Shown here: positions 39,458 to 46,531 of the stretch, in pieces
Layout: each line of letters opens with the position of its first letter
Numbering within the stretch: position 1 is the first letter of the stretch
Assembly (NCBI GenBank): GCA_964450585.1
Contig: CAYVEH010000001.1
Span: 1 to 50,429 of the forward strand
Origin: an uncultured Ornithinimicrobium sp.
GTDB taxonomy: Bacteria > Actinomycetota > Actinomycetes > Actinomycetales > Dermatophilaceae
Length of the DNA: 50,429 nt
Reading direction: 5' to 3'
The notes under the pieces: generated by a model
The model's database searches: none
What the model saw: only the letters and a program-made list of their open reading frames with translations
What the model was told of the DNA's origin: nothing
Made by a program: the position numbers and the translations under genes

Positions 39458-39523
39458 CCCGCCCCGGTGCTGCACCGGGGCGGGCCCCTCGGCACGGGCG
39501 CTCAGCTGGCCCGTGCCGAGGGG
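39458..39523 (-). terminator. Tandem GC-rich hairpins after symporter gene
   Basis: CCCGCCCCGGTGC-t-GCACCGGGGCGGG (39458-39484) and CCCCTCGGCACGGGC-N9-GCCCGTGCCGAGGGG (39485-39523). Confidence 0.7.
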
Positions 39524-39578
39524 TGCCAGGGGTCCCGGCGTGGGTGCCGGGCGCGATCTGTTCCGGTCGCGAACCGGC

Positions 39579-41321
39579 TCAGGAGGGACGATCCGCATCC
39601 GGGACGGAGTCGTCGTCCAGGTCACCGGCGGCGTGGGCGGCCACCAGCGCCGTCGTGCCGGGGTAGCGCACGTCCTCGATGAGTTGCTGCACCGTCTCGG
39701 AGGGCTTGGTCGTGAACTGGGAGACCAGGATCGTGATCACCAGGTTCACCACCATGCCGATCACCCCGAAGCCGGTGGCCTCGATGCCCAGGATCCCGTC
39801 GCCATTGCCCCAGATCTCCACGGTCCAGAACATGTACGCCAACGTCACCCCGAGGCCGGCAGCCATACCGGTCGCGGCACCAGCAGCGGTGCACTTCTTC
39901 CAGAAGATCCCCAGCACCAGGGTCGGGAAGAAGCTGGCACAGGCCATGCCGAAGGCCAACGCCACCACCTCACCGGCGAACCCGGGCGGGTTGACCCCCA
40001 GGTAGCCGGCCACGACGATCACCAGGGCCATCGCGATCCGCGCCACCCGCAGCTGATGCTTCTCATCAGCCTGCGGGTTGATCCGCTTGTGGTAGACGTC
40101 GTTGGCCACCGACGCCGAGATCACCAGCAGCAGACCGGAGGCGGTCGACAGCGCAGCCGCGACACCACCGGCGGCGACCAGTCCGACAATCGGGGCCGGC
40201 AGACCACCGATCTCGGGGGAGGCCAGGACCAGGATGTCGTTGTTGATCATGACCTCGTTGGCGGTCTGGGCCGCCGCACCGGTGAAGTTGAGCAACCCGT
40301 CACCGTTCAGGTCAGTCGGCGTGCCACCGTCGGGGCTGGTGATCAGCCCGACGTCCGTCCAGGTGGTCACCCAGTTGGGCAGGCTCTCCATGGCGGTGCT
40401 GTTGAAGTCCTGCAGGATATTCACCTTCGCGAACGCCGCCACCGTGGGGGCGGTGGTGTACAGCAGCGCGATGAAGAACAGCGCCCACAGGGCCGAGTAG
40501 CGCGCCGCCCGCACCGACTTGGCGGTGTAGAAGCGCACGATGACGTGCGGCAACCCGGCGGTGCCGAACATCAGCGAGGCGGTCAGCAGGAACATGTTCA
40601 GCTGATCGGTGCCGGTCAGGGCCGCGGTGTAGGACCCGAACCCGAGGTCGGCCTGCAGCGCCTCCAGCTCGGCCATGATGTCGGCGAACCCGATCTGCGG
40701 GATCGGGATGCCGGTCATCTTGTTGGACACCGCGAACGCTGGGATCAGATAGGCGGTGATCAGCACCGAGTACTGGGCCACCTGGGTCCAGGTGATGCCC
40801 TTCATCCCGCCGAGCACGGCATACAGGAAGACGATGGCCATGCCGATGATGACGCCAACGGTGGTGTTCACGCCCAAGAACCGGCCGAAGACCACGCCGA
40901 CGCCGGCCATCTGGCCCACCACGTAGGTCAGTGAGATGACGATCGCGCAGACCACCGCGATGAGCCGGGCGGTCTCGTTGTACCGGTCACCGACGAAGTC
41001 GGGGATGGTGAACTTGGCGAACTTGCGCAGGTAAGGCGCCAGCAGCAACGCGAGCAGCACATACCCTCCGGTCCAGCCCATCAGGTAGGCCGACCCGGAG
41101 TAGCCGTTGTAGGACAGGGCGATCAACCCGGCCATCGAGATGAATGAGGCAGCGCTCATCCAGTCCGCGGCGATGGCGGCACCGTTGGCCGGGGCGGGGA
41201 TGCCACCGCCGGCGACATAGAAGCCGGCCGTGTCAGAGACCCGGCTGCGGTAGGCGATGTAGATGTACAGCGCGAACGACAGCCCGACGAAGATCAGGGT
41301 CCACAGCTGGATGTCGCTCAT
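39579..41321 (-). CDS. Solute:sodium symporter (ActP/VC2705-like monocarboxylate permease)
   Basis: FYVAG, AADWMSAASF, LAPYLRKF.KFTIPDF, GGMKGITWTQVAQY, GTAGLPHVIVRFYT. Confidence 0.9.
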   Translation of the reverse strand: MSDIQLWTLIFVGLSFALYIYIAYRSRVSDTAGFYVAGGGIPAPANGAAIAADWMSAASFISMAGLIALSYNGYSGSAYLMGWTGGYVLLALLLAPYLRKFAKFTIPDFVGDRYNETARLIAVVCAIVISLTYVVGQMAGVGVVFGRFLGVNTTVGVIIGMAIVFLYAVLGGMKGITWTQVAQYSVLITAYLIPAFAVSNKMTGIPIPQIGFADIMAELEALQADLGFGSYTAALTGTDQLNMFLLTASLMFGTAGLPHVIVRFYTAKSVRAARYSALWALFFIALLYTTAPTVAAFAKVNILQDFNSTAMESLPNWVTTWTDVGLITSPDGGTPTDLNGDGLLNFTGAAAQTANEVMINNDILVLASPEIGGLPAPIVGLVAAGGVAAALSTASGLLLVISASVANDVYHKRINPQADEKHQLRVARIAMALVIVVAGYLGVNPPGFAGEVVALAFGMACASFFPTLVLGIFWKKCTAAGAATGMAAGLGVTLAYMFWTVEIWGNGDGILGIEATGFGVIGMVVNLVITILVSQFTTKPSETVQQLIEDVRYPGTTALVAAHAAGDLDDDSVPDADRPS

Positions 41322-41596
41322 GAGCTGTGCACCTCCTCCTCGTACTCATCGACCCCGAACTTCTTGTCCAGCTGGTCCATCCGCCAGACATAGACGGCGA
41401 TGAGAATGAGAAAGACGATGATGGCACCCTGCTGGGCGAACCAGAAGCCCAGCGGCATGCTCAGGAACGTGAACTCGTTGAGGGCATCGGCAAACAGGAT
41501 GCCGGCGCCGTAGGACACCAGGGCCCAGATGATGAGCAGCACGGTCATCAACCGGAGGTTGGCGCGCCAGTACTCGCGACGCTGATTCATGTCCAT
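41318..41596 (-). CDS. DUF4212 symporter small subunit
   Basis: YWRANL..PLGFWFAQQG..LDKKFGVDE; ATGA overlap with symporter. Confidence 0.88.
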   Translation of the reverse strand: MDMNQRREYWRANLRLMTVLLIIWALVSYGAGILFADALNEFTFLSMPLGFWFAQQGAIIVFLILIAVYVWRMDQLDKKFGVDEYEEEVHSS

Positions 41597-41688
41597 CGGG
41601 TCACCTCGGGCCACGGCGGGGGCGGGGGAGCAAGGATCATCAAGAATCTCCTCAGCTGGGTGCGGTCCGCCGCGTCGGGTCACGGCGG

Positions 41689-41707
41689 TGTGACGCCAGT
41701 CACGCTA
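41689..41707 (-). promoter_or_regulatory. CRP/GlxR-type site overlapping a putative -10
   Basis: TGTGA-cgccag-TCACG (41689-41704), 9/10 to TGTGA-N6-TCACA; minus-strand TAGCGT at 41707-41702. Confidence 0.65.
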
Positions 41708-41794
41708 AGCGGGCGGCTCGCCTCGTGGGGTCAGAACACCGGGGCCAGGCGGTCAGTGGCCCAAGCGGTCGACGGTCGGCGGCGCGACCTGCGA

Positions 41795-41823
41795 CGAGCG
41801 GTCCGTGTCACAGGATGAGCGGT
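41795..41823 (-). promoter_or_regulatory. LytTR (BtsR-type) direct repeat
   Basis: Minus strand ACCGCTCA-N13-ACCGCTCG; plus strand GAGCGGTCCG at 41796 and 41817 (21-bp period). Confidence 0.75.
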
Positions 41824-41863
41824 CCGCGCCGTGTCGACACGGACGGCCAGCCGGTGAGGTGTC

Positions 41864-43621
41864 TCAGCCGCGGCTGCGCCAGCGGTCCTCCGGGTCCCAG
41901 TCGCCGCGGTCCAGGTCGACGCTCTCGGGGGTATGCAGCCGGATCATCGTGCGGTTCACGCCGGGGGCGACTCGGTGCTGGGTGCCCAGTGAGACCAGCA
42001 CCATCACCACGAAGGCCAGCGGCATGGTCCAGGCGGCCGGTTGGGCCAGCAACGGCCCCCACCACCCCTCATCCGGGGCCCACAGCAGGGTGCCCAGCAC
42101 CGCCAGGGTGGACAGCCCGCCGCCGGTCACCAGCCCGACGATGGCGCCCAGGTCGGTGAGGCGGCGCCACCAGATGCCCAGGAGCAGCAACGGGCAGAAG
42201 CTGGAGGCGGCGACCGCAAACGCCAGCCCGACGACGTCGGCGATGCCCAGCGAGGGGCTGAACAGCGCCAACGTGATCGGCACGATGAGCGCCAGGCTGG
42301 CTCCCAACCGGAAGGCCCGCACCGGGTCCCGCACCCGCCGGCCGAGCAGGTCCTGGGAGAGCACACCCGCCACCGAGATCGTCAACCCGGAGGAGGTGGA
42401 CAGGAACGCGGCGAAGGCCCCGGCGGTGATCAACGCGCTCAACGCGTCCCCAGCCAGGCCCTCGATGAGCCGACCGGGCAACAGCAGGACGACCGCGTCG
42501 GTCCGGCCGGTCAGGAGCAGCTCGGGGGTGTAGATACGACCCAGCGCCCCGTAGATGCTCGGTAGCAGGTAGAAGAGCCCCAACAGGCCCAGGACGGCCA
42601 CCGTGGTGCGCCGGGCACCGGTCCCGTCGGGGTTGGTGTAGAACCGCACCAGCACGTGCGGCAGACCCATCGTGCCGAAAAACAGCGCCAGGATCAGCGA
42701 GTAGGTCGAGTACAGCGGGTGCTCGCTGGCCGAGCGCAGCGGCAACTTCCAGTCCTCGCCCGCCAGCGGGGTCAGCGAGTCGGCATGCGGGATGAGCGCT
42801 CCCTGCGGGAAGGTCACCTCGGTGCCCTGCCCGAGGGCGTGTGGGCCGGGCTCCAGGGTGAGTTGTCCGTCGACCGGCGTGTTGTTCACCGTGCCGGTTG
42901 CCTCCACCGTCACCGCCTCGGTCACGTCGACCAGGACCGCGGTGGCGATGGTGACCTCGGTGGTCTCGGAGAACACCGGTGGGCCGTCCTGGTTCATCGT
43001 CGGGGTCCCGTGCGACTGCCAGATCAGCACCAGGAAGATCGCCGGCAGCGCCAACGCCGTCAGCTTCAGCCAGTACTGGAAGGCCTGCACGAAGGTGATG
43101 CTGCGCATTCCCCCGGACAGGACGCCGACCAGCACGACGCCCGCGACCAGGACCGGCCCCACCCACTGGGGCGCACCGGTGACGGTGCGCACGGTCAGCC
43201 CGGCGGCCTGGAACTGCGGGAGCAGGTAGAGCCAGCCGATCAGCACCACGAGCACACTGGCGGTGCGGCGGGCCGGGAGCGACTCCAGCCGGGCCTCGGC
43301 GAAGTCGGGCAGGGTGTAGGCCCCCGAGCGGCGCAGCGGAGCCGCCACCAGGACCAGCAGCACCAGGTAGCCGGCGGTGTAACCCACCGGGAACCACAGC
43401 ATGTCCGCGCCGTAGGCCAGCACCAGGCCGGCCACGCCCAGGAAGGAGGCGGCCGACAGGTACTCACCACCGATCGCCGAGGCGTTCCACCAGGGGGTGA
43501 CGGTGCGCGAGGCGACATAGAAGTCGCTGGTGGTGCGGGCCGCGCGGATGCCGACGACGCCGACCAGCACGGTGGCGACGGCGGTGACCAGGATGGCCAC
43601 CATCCCGACGGTGGGGTTCAT
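41864..43621 (-). CDS. Cation/acetate symporter-like SSS protein with extracellular insertion
   Basis: DFYVASR, GEYLSAASFLG, AYTLPDF, GGMRSITFVQAFQY, GTMGLPHVLVRFYT; ~85-aa Thr/Val-rich insert; ATGA overlap start 43621. Confidence 0.88.
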   Translation of the reverse strand: MNPTVGMVAILVTAVATVLVGVVGIRAARTTSDFYVASRTVTPWWNASAIGGEYLSAASFLGVAGLVLAYGADMLWFPVGYTAGYLVLLVLVAAPLRRSGAYTLPDFAEARLESLPARRTASVLVVLIGWLYLLPQFQAAGLTVRTVTGAPQWVGPVLVAGVVLVGVLSGGMRSITFVQAFQYWLKLTALALPAIFLVLIWQSHGTPTMNQDGPPVFSETTEVTIATAVLVDVTEAVTVEATGTVNNTPVDGQLTLEPGPHALGQGTEVTFPQGALIPHADSLTPLAGEDWKLPLRSASEHPLYSTYSLILALFFGTMGLPHVLVRFYTNPDGTGARRTTVAVLGLLGLFYLLPSIYGALGRIYTPELLLTGRTDAVVLLLPGRLIEGLAGDALSALITAGAFAAFLSTSSGLTISVAGVLSQDLLGRRVRDPVRAFRLGASLALIVPITLALFSPSLGIADVVGLAFAVAASSFCPLLLLGIWWRRLTDLGAIVGLVTGGGLSTLAVLGTLLWAPDEGWWGPLLAQPAAWTMPLAFVVMVLVSLGTQHRVAPGVNRTMIRLHTPESVDLDRGDWDPEDRWRSRG

Positions 43622-43980
43622 CGCCGGTTCAGCAGGTCCACGAAGTCCCGCTCGACCCGTTCGGCGTGGTGGGCGTAGAACCACGCCGCCCCGAGCAGCG
43701 CCGGGTAGACGACCACGCCCAGGATGAGCCACGGCAGGGTGATGCCCAGCACACTGACCCCGGTCAGCCACGGGACGGCACGGAACAGCAACGGCAGGGC
43801 CGCCAGCACCCCGAGCGAGACCACCAGCACCGCCAGGCTGAGCCGCAGTTGGGAGCGGATCAGTGAGGAGAGGTAGACCTCACCCAAACCGGTCTGCTGG
43901 TCGATCTCCCGGGCCAGCGGGGTGGGCCGCATCCGGGGTCGTTCCCGCCGGGGGTGGGTGACCCGCACCCGCTCGGTCAT
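43618..43980 (-). CDS. DUF485-like small membrane protein
   Basis: EIDQQTGLGEVYLSSLIRSQL, two TMs, AERVERDF; coupled to symporter. Confidence 0.8.
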   Translation of the reverse strand: MTERVRVTHPRRERPRMRPTPLAREIDQQTGLGEVYLSSLIRSQLRLSLAVLVVSLGVLAALPLLFRAVPWLTGVSVLGITLPWLILGVVVYPALLGAAWFYAHHAERVERDFVDLLNRR

Positions 43981-44002
43981 CGCCGACCCCTTGCCGGGTG
44001 CC

Positions 44003-44725
44003 TCATCCGCCGGCCCGCTTCACCAGCAGGTCCCGCAGCTCGCGGGTGTGTCGACGGCTGACCGCCAGCTCCTGCCCGCCGACCAGGACGGTGTAGCGGC
44101 CGCCGTCCACGCGGATCTCCTGGACGTGTGGCAGCGCCACCAGGTGGCTGCGGTGGATCCGCACGAACCCGGCCTCGGCCCAACGTTCCTCCAGCGACGC
44201 CAACGGGGCGCGCAGCAGGTGACTGCCGTCCGCGGTGTGCAACCGGGCGTAGTCCCCCTGCGCCGTCACATAGCGGATGTCGCTGCGCCGCACGAACCGG
44301 GTCACCCCGCCGAGCTCCACCGGGATCGACTCATCACGCACCTCTGCCGCGGCCGCAGGGGAGTCGATGTGCTCCAGCGCCCGGGTCAGTGCCGCCCCGA
44401 GCCGTTCGGGCCGGTAGGGCTTCATGACGTAGTCCACGGCCTGCACGTCGAACGCATCCACGGCGTGGTTCTCGTAGGCGGTGACGAAGACCACCGCGGG
44501 TGGGCGCCGGAACCGGGCCAGCACCCTGGCCAGGTCCAGTCCGGACAGGCCGGGCATCCGGATGTCAAGGAAGACGATGTCGACGTCCTCCTGGTCCAGC
44601 ACCAGCAAGGCACCCGCGCCGTCGGTGGCGGTGAGGACCCGTTCCACGCGCTCGTCCCGCGACAGCAGGTGCGCGAGTTCACGCAGGGCTGGCGGTTCGT
44701 CATCGACGGCGAGGACGCACGGCAT
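44003..44725 (-). CDS. LytTR family response regulator
   Basis: AVDDE, FLDIRMP, FVTAY, DYVMKP receiver; FVRIHRSHLV and VSRR LytTR domain. Confidence 0.95.
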   Translation of the reverse strand: MPCVLAVDDEPPALRELAHLLSRDERVERVLTATDGAGALLVLDQEDVDIVFLDIRMPGLSGLDLARVLARFRRPPAVVFVTAYENHAVDAFDVQAVDYVMKPYRPERLGAALTRALEHIDSPAAAAEVRDESIPVELGGVTRFVRRSDIRYVTAQGDYARLHTADGSHLLRAPLASLEERWAEAGFVRIHRSHLVALPHVQEIRVDGGRYTVLVGGQELAVSRRHTRELRDLLVKRAGG

Positions 44726-44781
44726 ACCGGCAGGGTAGTCGCCCGGTCAAGCCGCCGATCAGCACCTGCGGTCGGCTGCGC

Positions 44782-45963
44782 TCAGCTCGCGTGCACCCCG
44801 GGGGAGTACTTCGGCACCCGCAGGCTGACCTTGGTGCCTGCGCCGGGGGCGGTCTCCACCACCAGGCCGTGCTCGTCGCCGAAGACGCTGCGCAACCGTT
44901 CATCGACGTTGCCCAGACCCACGTGGTCCCCACCCTCGCCGACCAGGTTGGCCAGCACCTGCTCGGGCTCCATCCCCACACCGTCGTCCTCGATGCTGAT
45001 GCTGGCCTCGTTGCCGGCATCCTCGGCCACGATGGTGATGCGGCCGGTGCCGACGCGACCCTCCAGCCCGTGCCGGACCGCGTTCTCCACCAGCGGCTGC
45101 AGGCACAGGAACGGCACGGCCACCGGCAGCACCTCGGGGGAGACCCGCAGAGTGACCTCCAGGCGGCCACCGAAGCGGGCCTGCTCCAGGGTCAGGTACC
45201 GCTCGATGGAGCGCAGCTCCTCGGCCAGCGTGGTGAACTCACCGTGCCGACGGAAGGAGTACCGGGTGAAGTCGGCGAACTCCAGCAGCAGCTCGCGGGC
45301 GTGCTCCGGGTCGGTGCGCACGTAGGAGGCGATCGCGCCCAGGCTGTTGTAGATGAAGTGCGGTGAGATCTGGGCCCGCAACGCCCGGATCTCCGCCTCG
45401 GCCAACTTGGCCCGGGAGCGGTCCAGGTCGGCCAGCTCCAGCTGCCCGGAGACAAACCGGGCCACCTCCTCGACCGCGCGCACCAGCCGGGCCGAGGGGC
45501 GGCTGCCGGTGTAGGCGGTCAACGCCCCGACGACGTGATCCTCGGTGGTGAGTGCGGCGGTGACGGCGTGCCGGATCGGGCACTCCGGGTCCAGGCAGGC
45601 GACGGTCGCCGGCCCCTGGACGGTCGTGGACCCCTGCCGGACTGCGCTCTGGGCGTGGCTGACGGCATACGGGGCATGGGCGTCGGCGCCGGTGCCGTCC
45701 CAGGCCAGCATCGCCGTCCCGTCGGTCAGGGCCAACGCGGAGCTGCCCAGCAGGTCACGCAGATGACGGGCGGCCCGCTCGGCGCCGGCCTCGAGGCCGG
45801 CGCGCAGAGCCGGGGTGGCCAGGCCGCTGATGTGCAGCACCCGGTAGGTGGCCTGGTCCTCGGTGGTCCGCAGCACCAGTCGGGACCGGACGAACCAGGT
45901 CAGCAGGACCGCGCCGGCCACCACAATGAGCAGCCCGATCGCGACGACCAGTGCGGTGTCCAT
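44782..45963 (-). CDS. LytS-type sensor histidine kinase, single TM
   Basis: One N-terminal TM, GAF-like region with CLDPEC, H-box LRAQISPHFIYNSL, LQPLVENAVRHG, DDGVG, GLGNVDERL. Confidence 0.93.
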   Translation of the reverse strand: MDTALVVAIGLLIVVAGAVLLTWFVRSRLVLRTTEDQATYRVLHISGLATPALRAGLEAGAERAARHLRDLLGSSALALTDGTAMLAWDGTGADAHAPYAVSHAQSAVRQGSTTVQGPATVACLDPECPIRHAVTAALTTEDHVVGALTAYTGSRPSARLVRAVEEVARFVSGQLELADLDRSRAKLAEAEIRALRAQISPHFIYNSLGAIASYVRTDPEHARELLLEFADFTRYSFRRHGEFTTLAEELRSIERYLTLEQARFGGRLEVTLRVSPEVLPVAVPFLCLQPLVENAVRHGLEGRVGTGRITIVAEDAGNEASISIEDDGVGMEPEQVLANLVGEGGDHVGLGNVDERLRSVFGDEHGLVVETAPGAGTKVSLRVPKYSPGVHAS

Positions 45964-45974
45964 GACCGCTCAGC

Positions 45975-46367
45975 CTAGGTCCCCGGGGTGGCCCCGCCTC
46001 GCGCCGAACCCCCGGTGTCGTGTTCCGGCCCGGCTCCGCCCAGCCAGAGCACCAGGAGGCGCCACCCCAGCAGGAAGGCCGCCAGGACCACGGTCGCCAC
46101 CACCAGGAACGGCAGTGCCGTCCCCTGCCCGGTGAGGGCCCGCAGCCCCATCCCGCCCAGCAGCGTGACCAGCCACACCAGCACACCGGCTGGCCAGCCG
46201 CTGAGCCGCAACCCCCACAGGGCGGCGATCAGCCAGCTCAGAGCCAGCGCGAGGGCAAAGGGCCACCAGGCCTGGGCCGACCCCCAGGACAGGAGGCCGC
46301 CCTCGTGGGTGGCCCGCCCGAGCAGGACGAAGACCGTGACCAGCAGGACATCGAGCAGGTAGGGCAC
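45975..46367 (-). CDS. DUF3054 membrane protein
   Basis: DVLLVTVFVLLGRATH..AWWPF..GMGLR..FLLGWR. Confidence 0.8.
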   Translation of the reverse strand: MPYLLDVLLVTVFVLLGRATHEGGLLSWGSAQAWWPFALALALSWLIAALWGLRLSGWPAGVLVWLVTLLGGMGLRALTGQGTALPFLVVATVVLAAFLLGWRLLVLWLGGAGPEHDTGGSARGGATPGT

Positions 46368-46478
46368 AGCGCCCAGGGTGGCACAGCCGCAGGGCCCGGC
46401 GGGACACCACCGGAGCTCCGGCTGGCCGACGGCCAGCCAGCCCCGGCGTCACCCCTGACGGCTAGACTCAGCAGGTGC

Positions 46479-46494
46479 GTGAACAGTTGTTCAC
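46479..46494. promoter_or_regulatory. Palindromic operator upstream of MFS-TetR operon
   Basis: GTGAACA-gt-TGTTCAC just downstream of TAGACT (46463-46468). Confidence 0.7.
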
Positions 46495-46531
46495 CGCCAG
46501 TCCTTTCCAGCAGTTCTCTCCCAGGAGCAGT

